From positions 1 through 27,640 of the forward strand of contig JBAXJR010000031.1 in NCBI GenBank assembly GCA_037137755.1: a stretch of DNA of 27,640 bases. The letters are read 5' to 3'. The stretch's first letter is position 1; each line of letters opens with the position of its first letter. This document shows, piece after piece, positions 16,847 through 26,946 of this stretch. The notes below the pieces were generated by a model, which saw only the letters and a program-made list of their open reading frames with translations, had not been told where the DNA came from and did no database searches. The translations under genes and the position numbers were made by a program. The stretch is from Methanomicrobiales archaeon. GTDB taxonomy: Archaea; Halobacteriota; Methanomicrobia; Methanomicrobiales; Methanospirillaceae.

Positions 16847-18025
16847 TTAAGACCCTTCGCACCTTACATCAAATTTATCGTTCAGGACATGCTCCTTTAC
16901 GATTGTATCATCCCTTACTACTACTTCAGGCCATAATCGGGTCCGCGAATGGACAATAACACGGTCTCTCAGCACAACACGTGGCCCGAGGACGGTATCA
17001 TTCTCAATACTGCAATCATCGCCGATCAGCGTATCATTGTCGATGATACTCCCGCTGATCGTTGTTTTCTTCCCGATTATGACCCGGTTATAAATCGACG
17101 AGGAGAAGACCTTGGCATTATTTTTGATGAGGCAGTTCTCCCCGATACTCGTGTAGGGACCGATCAGGACATTGTCACCAATCGTAGTCCCTGAACCTAT
17201 CGCAACAGGCCCGATGAGCCTTGAATTGACACCCATCGAGAAGGAATCCCCGAGCTGGACCGGCCCCTGTATCTTGGCGGTCTTGATCGTCAGGTCACCG
17301 CTGATACTCGTGAACGCAATATCCATCAGTTTCCATTTTTCAGCCTGCCGGAGCATGTTCGGACTCCCGACATCGGTCCAGTTCCCCCGTGCGAGCCAGC
17401 CCGAAAGGGTGAACCCTTCATCCATCAGGTGGGGGAACAGGTCCCGGGCAAAATCAAATTTTTTCCCCGCAGGAATATGGTCGAATATCTCCGGGCTGCA
17501 GACGTACATCCCGGTACTCGCGAGGTTTGAAAAGATCTCACCGGGTGCGGGTTTCTCCTTGAACCGCTTGATGTGGTAATCCACATCTATCTCGGCAATA
17601 CCATATTCTGACGGGTCATCGATGCTGATCAGGCCGATAGAGGCAGGGACACGTTCCTTCATGTGCTCCCGGTAAAATTCAAGGAGGTTTAAATCTGTAA
17701 CGTGGTCCCCGCCTACCACGAGAAAGTCCTGGCCATCCAGGAATTTCTGCGCATTCTTGACACTGCCGGCAGTACCGAGCTTGGTCTTTTCATGCACATA
17801 GGTAATATCTACACCGAAGAGAGATCCGTCACCAAGTGCATGCTCGATCACCTCCCCCATGTAACCAAGGGTGATGACCACTTCACGGAACCCTAAGTTG
17901 GAGAGGTGTGAAACCAGGTGCTCTATTGAGGGTTTATTCACAATCGGGATACATGGCTTTGGCCGTTCAAACGTGAGGGGGCGAAGCCTGGTACCTTCCC
18001 CGCCGCACATGATGCACACCTTCAT
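16847..18025 (-). CDS. NDP-sugar synthase / sugar-phosphate nucleotidyltransferase with left-handed beta-helix
   Basis: GGEGTRLRPLT..RPKP, LGTAGSV, FKEKP and WTDVG motifs followed by hexapeptide repeats. Start trimmed to MKVCIM (ATG 18025). Substrate cannot be assigned. Confidence 0.92.
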   Translation of the reverse strand: MKVCIMCGGEGTRLRPLTFERPKPCIPIVNKPSIEHLVSHLSNLGFREVVITLGYMGEVIEHALGDGSLFGVDITYVHEKTKLGTAGSVKNAQKFLDGQDFLVVGGDHVTDLNLLEFYREHMKERVPASIGLISIDDPSEYGIAEIDVDYHIKRFKEKPAPGEIFSNLASTGMYVCSPEIFDHIPAGKKFDFARDLFPHLMDEGFTLSGWLARGNWTDVGSPNMLRQAEKWKLMDIAFTSISGDLTIKTAKIQGPVQLGDSFSMGVNSRLIGPVAIGSGTTIGDNVLIGPYTSIGENCLIKNNAKVFSSSIYNRVIIGKKTTISGSIIDNDTLIGDDCSIENDTVLGPRVVLRDRVIVHSRTRLWPEVVVRDDTIVKEHVLNDKFDVRCEGS

Positions 18026-18129
18026 GAAGGAATTTAGGTCCGCATCATGTTTAACCATATTGAACTTCTGCAGTTCATGGATCGATCCACGGTCATACCA
18101 GGAAGTTTTCCAATTGAACCAAAACACGA

Positions 18130-19032
18130 ATGACAGCTGAAAAAGTTATCATCCTGCGAATGACCATATATAAAACGGTATATTTGACAAGTACTGAAAA
18201 AGACCGGTGGCCCCTGGCAGGCAGGCAACGTGAAATTGCAATTGCAATTCCACTCATCTCTTTTGGTGGAATCGCAATCGGTGTGATCCTTCAACTGGTG
18301 GGTGTCATCCCTGATGCCGCGGAGTTCTGGTATGGCCCGGCTATCGGTGCATTTCTGCTCGGATATCTTGCATGGTTAAAACCAAGGCTGGACGTCGTTT
18401 CGATTTGCGCACCAATCTTTGCCATCATGATCCTGATCGTGCCCCTCGATACGAAACCGGGCCTGTTGATCGTCATTCTTTTTGCGGTCAGTATTACAAT
18501 CCTCCTAGTACGGCTCGAGAAACGGTTCAGTACTCCGAGAAAAAATTCAGAGGAAGATCCAATGGAAAACTATCTGTATGACTATATGGAGCGGCTCAGA
18601 GTCATGTTCAATGATGTCGATCAAAAGACGGCACATGAAATCGCCCAGGCATTTCTCTCGTTCCGGTTTGGCCTGTATGGCAACACGGTGAAACAGGCGG
18701 ATGAAGCGATACTCCTGATGAAAGATTCGGAACCCCAGAAAGTCCTTAAAAAAGCCCTCACAATACTGAGGGAACGGGCAAATAACCTCGAAAATGCAGA
18801 TGTGACCCCGGTAACCGACATTTTCTTTGTCGCTGATGATGCACCATATCTTGCCATCCATATCCCGGAAGAGGCAAACCAGGACCCGGCAACCCTCCAG
18901 CTGAACAATGCAATAATCTTCATCTATTCAGTCTCTTACATGACATCAGAAGATGATGAACAGACCCTTGATGAGCACCAGAAATACATCATCGGGATCC
19001 TGAGTTCGTATAAAAAGGCCATGGGCCTCTAA
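18130..19032 (+). CDS. Hypothetical membrane protein (about 4 TM helices plus a helical soluble domain)
   Basis: 300-codon ORF filling the gap between known genes; hydrophobic N-terminal half; start uncertain. Confidence 0.75.
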   Translation: MTAEKVIILRMTIYKTVYLTSTEKDRWPLAGRQREIAIAIPLISFGGIAIGVILQLVGVIPDAAEFWYGPAIGAFLLGYLAWLKPRLDVVSICAPIFAIMILIVPLDTKPGLLIVILFAVSITILLVRLEKRFSTPRKNSEEDPMENYLYDYMERLRVMFNDVDQKTAHEIAQAFLSFRFGLYGNTVKQADEAILLMKDSEPQKVLKKALTILRERANNLENADVTPVTDIFFVADDAPYLAIHIPEEANQDPATLQLNNAIIFIYSVSYMTSEDDEQTLDEHQKYIIGILSSYKKAMGL

Positions 19033-19050
19033 ATAGTATTCCTGAAATAC

Positions 19051-19074
19051 AAAAAAAGAAATTCTGCTTTTTTT
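19051..19074. terminator. Putative bidirectional oligo-T terminator
   Basis: AAAAAAAG-8 nt-CTTTTTTT between convergent genes gives T7 on both strands. Confidence 0.6.
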
Positions 19075-19097
19075 AATACATATAATTCAAAAGAACA

Positions 19098-19418
19098 TTA
19101 CAGGGTGTCAAGGCTGACACCATTGAAATCCTGCATTATCTCCCCGATTTCCTTTACCCCGAATGCAGTCTGGACATGGTTCATCTCGATCTGTGTCGCT
19201 ACGTCGCACATATAATCCAGAATATCCACCGATAATTCCCTTTGCTGCTTGCTTTTTCTGACCTGTTCAACAAGCGAGGATATCTTCTCGGGAGCCTCCA
19301 TGCGTATCTTTGCAAGGCTGATCACGCACATATAGATCCTTGTCAGGTTCCTGTCGGTACCGGTGATAGTATCGAAGAAATTCCGGAGGATCTGTGCCTG
19401 ATAGACTTCGCCACCCAT
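19098..19418 (-). CDS. Hypothetical small helical protein (106 aa)
   Basis: Clean ORF with TTTATATA about 26 nt upstream of the ATG and a T-tract downstream. Confidence 0.75.
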   Translation of the reverse strand: MGGEVYQAQILRNFFDTITGTDRNLTRIYMCVISLAKIRMEAPEKISSLVEQVRKSKQQRELSVDILDYMCDVATQIEMNHVQTAFGVKEIGEIMQDFNGVSLDTL

Positions 19419-19655
19419 ATTAAAAGTGTGTATCTTTTACTACTATATAAAATTATGTCAGTTGTTGCAGTGTGATACTCTTCAAACCCTGCAGTTTTAG
19501 GAAAATTACGATGATCGCGGCGTTATCAGGGACCTGGTTTATATCACGTAAACAATTCCCCGGGAGACGGTATGAAAAATTGTTGATCCTTTCATCAGGC
19601 CCTATCGGGTAGTCATATGAATGCGAGCGAACGGACGTCATGCTTAAGGGTATTT

Positions 19656-20825
19656 TCACTTGGCTGTACTCACGATCCTGATAATATCGCCGTCTTTCAG
19701 TTCATGGGTGTCCTTCACCCGCATCTTTGTCCTCGCATCAACTGCATATAAGAACCCCTTCCCAATATCGGTATGGACCTGGAAGGCGAGGTCACGTGGA
19801 GTTGAACCTTTTTTCATCAGGAAGGCATCAGGAAGGACCCGTCCCTTCCCATCGCAGTAGTGGTGTTCGTCTTCCACAGGGTACACAACAATCCTGTCAA
19901 GCAGAGAATAGACAGCATGGTTCAGTGCCTGCTGGACACCGGTCCCCCCGAATTCTTTCATTGTTGCGGCGATCTTTGCAAGGCCGGCCTTCTGGGCTGG
20001 ATTCAGGGATCCCTCATCCACAACGGTGAATGATGGATCACCAGGGACATAACCGATCAGGTGTCCATTTGATGCATTCCGGAGGGCGAGTTCCCCTGCC
20101 GCGCTCGAGAAGGACATCTTTTCAGTTTTTAATTTGGCAACCATGTCCTTCGGGGCTGCGTCGACCTTATTTCCCACAACGATCATGGGTTTACTGATTT
20201 TTACAATTTCACGACAGAAATTGATCAGCCCCTGTTCGTCGGTGTGGACGAGGTCTATCCCCGCCGCCACCTCGGCATCCCTGATCTCTTCAGGGCTCAC
20301 GCCGAGACCGGTGAACACCTCTGCGACACCTTTATGGATTAAGAAACCTTTCGTCTGTGCCTGCCGGTGGAGCTTGCCCCAGTGCTTGTCAAGGATACCG
20401 TATACCCACATCGTCATCTCAAACTTGAGAAATGCAATGTCCACAAGGGGGTCATGTGCACCGAGGTCAAGGGGGTTCCCCTCGCTATCGGTCGCACCAC
20501 TGGCATCAACGACATGGATAATTGCATCAGCCTGCCGGAGGTTATCAAGGAACTGGTTACCAAGACCCCGTCCCTTGTGGGCATCCGGAACAAGTCCGGC
20601 TACATCGATAATATTTATCGGCACAAAGCGGTCACCGTCCTGGCATGCGCTGCAGACAAGCCCGAGCTCTTTGCAGGGGCATTTCGTCCGTACATACCCC
20701 ACACCGAAATTGGCGCTGATGGTGGTGAACGGGTAATTCGCGATCTCAGCATGCGCAAGGGTCGCTGCCTTAAAAAACGTGGACTTGCCGCAGTTTGGTT
20801 TTCCTGCTAATGCGAGTGTGATCAT
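19656..20825 (-). CDS. ychF: Obg-family translation-associated NTPase (archaeal YchF-like) with TGS domain
   Basis: GKPNCGKST, NYPFTT, DVAGLV..AHKGRGLGNQFL and NKVD motifs; C-terminal VHTDIG TGS domain. Confidence 0.92.
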   Translation of the reverse strand: MITLALAGKPNCGKSTFFKAATLAHAEIANYPFTTISANFGVGYVRTKCPCKELGLVCSACQDGDRFVPINIIDVAGLVPDAHKGRGLGNQFLDNLRQADAIIHVVDASGATDSEGNPLDLGAHDPLVDIAFLKFEMTMWVYGILDKHWGKLHRQAQTKGFLIHKGVAEVFTGLGVSPEEIRDAEVAAGIDLVHTDEQGLINFCREIVKISKPMIVVGNKVDAAPKDMVAKLKTEKMSFSSAAGELALRNASNGHLIGYVPGDPSFTVVDEGSLNPAQKAGLAKIAATMKEFGGTGVQQALNHAVYSLLDRIVVYPVEDEHHYCDGKGRVLPDAFLMKKGSTPRDLAFQVHTDIGKGFLYAVDARTKMRVKDTHELKDGDIIRIVSTAK

Positions 20826-20867
20826 TGCAATTCACTTTAAGTGATCAGAGTTTATTAATTTGTTATT

Positions 20868-21458
20868 ATGGCATTCACAGAGAAGATTATCTATTATTTT
20901 GATTCCCCAGGGCCCCACAATACCGCAGACGCGGCCCGTATCGCGGTCTCCCGCGCAAAAGAACTCGGGCTTTCGAAGGTGCTGGTGGCAAGTACATCCG
21001 GGGAAACCGCATTAAAATTTTATAATGAACTGAAAGGGTCAGGCCTCCAGCTTATTGTCGTGACACATGTAGTGGGTTTTTCCAAGCCAGGAATCTGGGA
21101 ATTTCAAAAGGATATCGCGGAACGGCTCACCCGTGATGGAGTAAGGATTGTGACCGGCACCCACGTGCTTTCAGGCCTCGAGCGGGCCATCTCCCGGTCT
21201 GCAAAGGTCGGTGGCGGTTCAAGGACCGATGCCATCGCTGAATCGCTGCGGAGAAACGTGGCAGTCGGGTTGAAAGTCGCCATTGAATGTACTCTTATCG
21301 CTGCCGACCAGGGGGCAGTCGGCGTGGAAGAGGAGATTATTGCAGTCGGGGGTACAATGTCAGGATCAGATACGGTGTGTGTCATCAGGCCCTCCCATAC
21401 CGCCTCATTCTTTGACCTGCAGGTACGAGAGATTGTCGCTATGCCAAGGAACAGGTAA
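20868..21458 (+). CDS. Pyruvate kinase C-terminal-like alpha/beta protein (MTH1675-like)
   Basis: YFDSPGPHNT, VASTSGETA, THVLSGLER, GLKVAIE..LIAADQG and AVGGT motifs. Confidence 0.87.
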   Translation: MAFTEKIIYYFDSPGPHNTADAARIAVSRAKELGLSKVLVASTSGETALKFYNELKGSGLQLIVVTHVVGFSKPGIWEFQKDIAERLTRDGVRIVTGTHVLSGLERAISRSAKVGGGSRTDAIAESLRRNVAVGLKVAIECTLIAADQGAVGVEEEIIAVGGTMSGSDTVCVIRPSHTASFFDLQVREIVAMPRNR

Positions 21459-21461
21459 GAC

Positions 21462-22304
21462 ATGGTCATCGCATCACTCAGGGAGGCGTTCGGCCTCATT
21501 ACCAGGCATCCTGTCCTCTGGCTGCCGGGATTATTACTGGCCCTGGTAGGGGCAGCAGATTTAAACATTGAGTATTACGGGGGGAGCTTCCTCGCCGGTA
21601 AGTTATGGATACTTGAAATCATTATTCTGCCATTCTTCGTTGCGGGTCTCCTTGCTGCAGTAAAGAACAATGATATGACATTTCGTGGCTTTGTTACCAG
21701 TGGGATGAACAATTATTTCCGGGTGCTCCTGCCGGGAATTGTCATACTCTTTGCAGCACTTATTACCGCCGTCCTACTCATCATACCACTATCGTTAATT
21801 GGAACACCGGGATCAGCCATGGGACTCTATGCCGGCATCCTACTGGGTGTTGCCGTGCCCTTCATATTCCTGATGTATTTCTATGACGCAGTTGCAGTCT
21901 TTGAAAATGAAAAGGTCTTTGAATCAATCCGGCGGAGTATCGAACTTACCATGAACCACACCGGGCTCGTGGTAAAATTTTTCCTGGTAAATATCGTGAT
22001 ACTGCTCACCGGGTTCTTCATTATTTTCATGATATGGACCATGATGTTCTTCGATAAACTCACCCCTCTCACGACAATGAATGCAACTGAAATCCAGGCG
22101 GTCACCCCGGATTATTTTACATCACTGCTTGGGGCTGACGGGATCATCATCACGTCCATCATTTTTGCAATTGGTGCCCTCGTTCTCGTCACGGTCCTTT
22201 ATACCTATAAGGCATGTTTTTACAAGGTCCTGTCAGGGACAACCCCGCCGGTTGTGGTGGCCCAGGGAGAGTTTGACGAAAAGGGACGCTGGTATAAGTA
22301 TTAA
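21462..22304 (+). CDS. Hypothetical polytopic membrane protein
   Basis: About 6 hydrophobic segments; starts 3 nt after the upstream stop; ends GEFDEKGRWYKY; T-tract near 22330. Confidence 0.8.
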   Translation: MVIASLREAFGLITRHPVLWLPGLLLALVGAADLNIEYYGGSFLAGKLWILEIIILPFFVAGLLAAVKNNDMTFRGFVTSGMNNYFRVLLPGIVILFAALITAVLLIIPLSLIGTPGSAMGLYAGILLGVAVPFIFLMYFYDAVAVFENEKVFESIRRSIELTMNHTGLVVKFFLVNIVILLTGFFIIFMIWTMMFFDKLTPLTTMNATEIQAVTPDYFTSLLGADGIIITSIIFAIGALVLVTVLYTYKACFYKVLSGTTPPVVVAQGEFDEKGRWYKY

Positions 22305-22398
22305 TCCTCCCCGGGAGGAGAAATCAGTATTTTTTTTCCCACGCTATAACACGTAAAATTATTGCCAGTTACGAATTGTCCTAATAAATTAGCGTCCG

Positions 22399-23628
22399 TT
22401 ATGCAATCAGTGCCCAGTATACGGCAAGAGCAAAAAGCCCCCCGCCAAGTGTACCGATAATGTTGGTCCCGGCATTCCCTATATATCCGCGGTTTTCAAT
22501 AACAGCACCGGCAAGGCTGTCGATGTTTGTCCCGACAAGTCCTGCAAGGCTGCAAATTGCGAAAGTCGGGAGGTTAATGACTCCAAGGAAAAAGGCGACG
22601 GCTGATATACCGATTGCGCATATCAGTGCTGCAAGTTCTCCAATCAGGGTGATGCCACCGTTCGTTCCGGCAGGGACTTTTTTCCCGGTGGTTATCATGT
22701 ACGGTGTGCCACCAGTCACCCCGATCTCGCTTGCGACGGTATCTGCGGCAGCAGTGGCAACACTACCGACAAACATTGCGGCGAATACAGGGTTCTGGGT
22801 GACCCCGAACAGAATTGCCGCCGCAACAGAAACCCCGCCATTGGCAAATACGTTCCGGTACCCGCGTGCTCCGCCGCGGTTCTGCTCGACCCCGAGGTTC
22901 TCTTTTTCGGCATACCTGAAGCGGGTACAGGCCGATCCTGCGATAAAAAATGCCAGCATAACAAGGAACCAGGTCACGTTGGCAAAGACTATCAGAAGAA
23001 TCCCCAGCAATGCCGCCGAAAAAAGGCCCGAGAGATCGGCTGTTTTGAACCGATAGGCGAAATATCCGAAACCGAACGCAATGATGACTGCAACGGATAT
23101 CAGGGGAACGCTGACCTGGTAATTCAGGTCACTGAAGAGAAGCATCGTCATCGAGATCCCAAGCGTCTCGACCATGAGGGCATCATCACGGTCGCCAAGG
23201 ATCACTTTCAGCAAGACAGCAACGATAATACCCATCAGCACAGTCAGGGGTGCAGGTTGCGGAAGTACAAGGAGGTTCTGAAGGTACAGGGTATACAGGG
23301 TAATCAGGACTGCACTCGCTGCTGCGACCAGCGTGTAAGCAAAGTATGACCTGGCATTCTCACCGACTGACCGGAATACCAGTTCTCCAATGACAACAAA
23401 TGCAAGAGTACAGGAAAATATGAAGAGGGGTATAAGCCCGATGCCGTAAAAAATTGCCAGCGCGATGATAGACAGGGAAAAAAACTTGGTCTTCTGTATC
23501 AGGAGCAGGATAAGGGCAAAGAGCACGACGATAATCGAAAAGAACCAGGGTGGCTGCACGAATGGTGCAATCACTATGCAGGCGATTGCGAGGACTGCGG
23601 CGAGCCGTTCGCCGAGCTGGTTCATCAT
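22399..23628 (-). CDS. DUF92/TMEM19 (TIGR00297-type) membrane protein with extra N-terminal TM domain
   Basis: GARGYRNVFANG, ADTVASEIG, GTNGGITLIG and DSLAGA..E motifs. Confidence 0.9.
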   Translation of the reverse strand: MMNQLGERLAAVLAIACIVIAPFVQPPWFFSIIVVLFALILLLIQKTKFFSLSIIALAIFYGIGLIPLFIFSCTLAFVVIGELVFRSVGENARSYFAYTLVAAASAVLITLYTLYLQNLLVLPQPAPLTVLMGIIVAVLLKVILGDRDDALMVETLGISMTMLLFSDLNYQVSVPLISVAVIIAFGFGYFAYRFKTADLSGLFSAALLGILLIVFANVTWFLVMLAFFIAGSACTRFRYAEKENLGVEQNRGGARGYRNVFANGGVSVAAAILFGVTQNPVFAAMFVGSVATAAADTVASEIGVTGGTPYMITTGKKVPAGTNGGITLIGELAALICAIGISAVAFFLGVINLPTFAICSLAGLVGTNIDSLAGAVIENRGYIGNAGTNIIGTLGGGLFALAVYWALIA

Positions 23629-23780
23629 TGTTCAGCTATTTGACCGGATTGCATTAGAGCTTTCTTCTCGGGGCCAAGTTCACAAAACTCTATGCAGCCG
23701 TGAGAAAATCACGTTGTTTTTAGAAATGTCCTCCTCTGCATTCGATTACTATATGTGATAAAAAGACAGATAATCAGGAG

Positions 23781-26372
23781 ATGTCATCACATGAACTCCC
23801 GAAGACGTATGATTATGCCGAAGTAGAGCCGCGGTGGCAGAATACCTGGCGCGACGAAGACAATTATTTTGACAAAAGTTCCAAAAAACCCAGGTTTGTC
23901 ATCGATACGCCCCCACCCTACCCGACCGGCAACTTTCATATCGGGAATGCCCTGAACTGGTGCTATATCGATTTCATCGCACGGTACAAACGGATGCAGG
24001 GCTTTAATGTGATGTTTCCCCAGGGTTGGGACTGCCACGGTCTGCCAACGGAGGTGAAAGTCGAGGAGACCCATGGCATTACGAAAAATGACGTATCGAG
24101 GGAAGAGTTCCGAACCATGTGCCGCGACCTGACACTCGCAAATATCGGGAAAATGAGAACGACATTACGGAGAATGGGGTTCTCGGTTGACTGGTCTAAT
24201 GAATATATCACGATGATGCCGGACTATTACAAAAAGACCCAGCTCTCGTTCCTCCGTATGTTTACCTCCGGCTATATTTACCAGAGCGAACATCCGGTCA
24301 ATTTCTGTACCAGGTGCGAGACGGCTATCGCATTTGCTGAAGTCTCTTACGAGGGAAGGGAGACTCGCCTCAATTTCTTCGATTTCGATGGCATCGAGAT
24401 AGCGACGACAAGGCCCGAACTCCTCGCAGCCTGCGTGGCTGTAGCCGTGCACCCCAGTGACGAGCGCTATAAGAAAATCTGGAATACCCGTCTCAAAGTC
24501 CCTCTTTTCGGTCATGATGTACCGGTCGTGGTCGACGAAGTAGTAGATCCCACGTTTGGTTCCGGGGCAGTGATGATCTGTACCTTCGGGGATAAACAGG
24601 ACGTCCACTGGTGGAAACAGCATAATCTCGCATTACGGAAGGCAATCGACAGAAAAGGTATGATGACGGAGATTGCAGGCAAATACGAGGGAATGTCATC
24701 AACTGAATGCAGGGAGGCGATCCTCAATGATATGAAAGCCTGCGATATCCTGTACAGGCAGGAGCCGCTCGAGCAGCGCGTGGGGGCCTGCTGGCGCTGT
24801 AAAACTCCCATCGAGATCATGAGCGAACGCCAGTGGTTTGTGAAGATCCGCCCGGATGAAATTTCAAAAGCAGCGCATGAAGTCAGCTGGAACCCCGAGC
24901 ACATGTTACTCCGGATGGAGAACTGGGTCGGCCAGATGGAATGGGACTGGTGTATCTCCCGGCAGCGGATATTTGCCACACCGATCCCGGTATGGTTCTG
25001 CAACAAGTGCGGGGAAATGGTATTTCCTGAGGAAAAAGATCTCCCGGTTGACCCTACCAGCACAAAGCCTGGCCATCCCTGCCCGAAATGCGGGTCGACA
25101 GAATTCTCCGGGGAACAGGACGTACTTGATACCTGGATGGACTCATCGATTTCAGTGCTTAATGTGACAGGCTGGGACGGGTCAGGTGACCCCCCGTATT
25201 TCCCTGCCCAGATCAGGCCACAGGGCCATGACATCATCAGGACATGGGCATTCTACACGATTCTTCGGTCGGTCGCCCTAACCGGGCAGCGACCCTGGGA
25301 CCAGATCCTCGTCAATGGCATGGTACTGGGCGAGGACGGATTCAAGATGAGCAAGAGCCGCGGTAATATCATCGAGCCCTTTGAAATCGTCGATAAATAC
25401 GGGGCTGATGCCCTGCGGCAATGGGGTGCAATGGGGGCTACAACCGGTTCGGACATCATGTTCAACTGGAATGATGTCGTGTCTGCATCGCGGTTCCAGA
25501 CAAAGATGTGGAATATAGCCCGGTTCTCCCTCATGCAGATCGAAAAGGAAGAGATTAGGTCAGATGCAAAGGTCACGGCACTGATCGACCGCTGGCTCCT
25601 TGGAAAACTGTCCGATACCATCGCCGAGGTTACGGATGCGATGGAGCACTTCCAGTTCGATCGTGCCTTAAAAACAATCAGGGAGTTTGCATGGGAAGTG
25701 CTCGCCGACGAGTATATCGAGCTGGTCAAGGGCAGGCTGTACCTTGGTGGCGCAGACCGCGAGAGTGCATGCCTTACACTCCGGTCCACATTCGACTCGC
25801 TCTGCCGAATGCTAGCGCCGTTTACGCCGTACTTTGCTGAAGAGTGCTACTCTTACCTTTCTTTGGAAAGCGTTCATTCGCAGGAATGGACGAAATTCAC
25901 CTATGCAGACGAGGAGGCATTGCGGGAAGGGGAACTCCTTGTTACGGTTGTATCTGAACTGAGACGCTACAAGCACGAACAGGGAATGGCGCTGAATGCC
26001 CCGCTTGGAAAGGTGACCATTTATTCCGCCCACAGCATTGATGACGCCGGGGACGCATCCCGGACACTGAATGCAGAAGTCCACTGGAGCAAAAACAGGG
26101 CAGACCTCGAGCAGGTGGTTTCAGACGTGCAGTTCAACCTCGGAGTAATCGGTCCCACCCTACGGAAACAGGCAAAGAGTTTCATGGAGGCAGTCAGGGC
26201 ACTACCAAAGGATCAGCTGATTAATCCGCCATCCACGGTACTGGTGGATGGAGAGGAAATACCCGTACCCGCTGATGCATTTTCCCCCAAATTTTCATAC
26301 ATGGTCGGAGGGGAGAAGGTGGACGTGGTTAATGTCGGTGACGTGATTGTGACCGTGCAGCGGCCGACCTGA
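23781..26372 (+). CDS. valS: Valine--tRNA ligase (archaeal type)
   Basis: [42 protein letters not shown] and KMSKS motifs. Confidence 0.98.
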   Translation: MSSHELPKTYDYAEVEPRWQNTWRDEDNYFDKSSKKPRFVIDTPPPYPTGNFHIGNALNWCYIDFIARYKRMQGFNVMFPQGWDCHGLPTEVKVEETHGITKNDVSREEFRTMCRDLTLANIGKMRTTLRRMGFSVDWSNEYITMMPDYYKKTQLSFLRMFTSGYIYQSEHPVNFCTRCETAIAFAEVSYEGRETRLNFFDFDGIEIATTRPELLAACVAVAVHPSDERYKKIWNTRLKVPLFGHDVPVVVDEVVDPTFGSGAVMICTFGDKQDVHWWKQHNLALRKAIDRKGMMTEIAGKYEGMSSTECREAILNDMKACDILYRQEPLEQRVGACWRCKTPIEIMSERQWFVKIRPDEISKAAHEVSWNPEHMLLRMENWVGQMEWDWCISRQRIFATPIPVWFCNKCGEMVFPEEKDLPVDPTSTKPGHPCPKCGSTEFSGEQDVLDTWMDSSISVLNVTGWDGSGDPPYFPAQIRPQGHDIIRTWAFYTILRSVALTGQRPWDQILVNGMVLGEDGFKMSKSRGNIIEPFEIVDKYGADALRQWGAMGATTGSDIMFNWNDVVSASRFQTKMWNIARFSLMQIEKEEIRSDAKVTALIDRWLLGKLSDTIAEVTDAMEHFQFDRALKTIREFAWEVLADEYIELVKGRLYLGGADRESACLTLRSTFDSLCRMLAPFTPYFAEECYSYLSLESVHSQEWTKFTYADEEALREGELLVTVVSELRRYKHEQGMALNAPLGKVTIYSAHSIDDAGDASRTLNAEVHWSKNRADLEQVVSDVQFNLGVIGPTLRKQAKSFMEAVRALPKDQLINPPSTVLVDGEEIPVPADAFSPKFSYMVGGEKVDVVNVGDVIVTVQRPT

Positions 26373-26946
26373 TGGCATCGGCAACAAACTGCTGAATTTC
26401 TTTTTCATCTTTTTCTGCGTCCACGAGAATGAACCGTGACGGTTCTTCCCGTGCAAGCGCAAGATAATTGTCCTGCACTTTTGTGAGGAGGGAGGAGTAT
26501 TCGAAATGTTCCCGCTCCGTGCGTCCTGAACGCCTGAATAACGCCGTATCGACCGGGAGGACGAGGAGAAAAGTCAGGTCAGGTGAGATTGTCCACCCTT
26601 TGTGTACCTGCCTGAGCCATGCGAGGGGGTCCGGTACCAGTCCTTCGAGTGTTACCTGCTGGTAGGCATACCGGCTGTCAGTGTAACGATCGGAGATGAC
26701 AAGCTGGTTTTTTTCAAGGGCCGGGCGGACCACAGTGGCCAGGTGCACTGCATGATCAGCGACAAACAGGAGAGCCTCGGCAATCGAATCGATCTCCTCG
26801 GCAATTGCACGACGTACGGAGGTTCCTACCCAGGTCTCCCCGGGTTCGCGGGTCATCACGGGTGCGAGATCTGCAAGAGATCCCTCAAGCGATGATACGA
26901 GGCTGCTCTTACCACTGCCGTCAATTCCTTCAATCGTGATTAACAG
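26329..26946 (-). CDS. tmk: Thymidylate (dTMP) kinase; probable CTG start
   Basis: The frame extends 29 codons upstream of the ORF-track start to (L/M)[14 protein letters not shown] (P-loop), then TREPG, LLFVADH and [12 protein letters not shown]. Confidence 0.93.
   Translation of the reverse strand: MLITIEGIDGSGKSSLVSSLEGSLADLAPVMTREPGETWVGTSVRRAIAEEIDSIAEALLFVADHAVHLATVVRPALEKNQLVISDRYTDSRYAYQQVTLEGLVPDPLAWLRQVHKGWTISPDLTFLLVLPVDTALFRRSGRTEREHFEYSSLLTKVQDNYLALAREEPSRFILVDAEKDEKEIQQFVADAIRSAAARSQSRHRH

Noticed and set aside
16930-17290. Repetitive-looking sequence in the NDP-sugar synthase 3' region
   Set aside because: Explained by hexapeptide repeats of the left-handed beta-helix.
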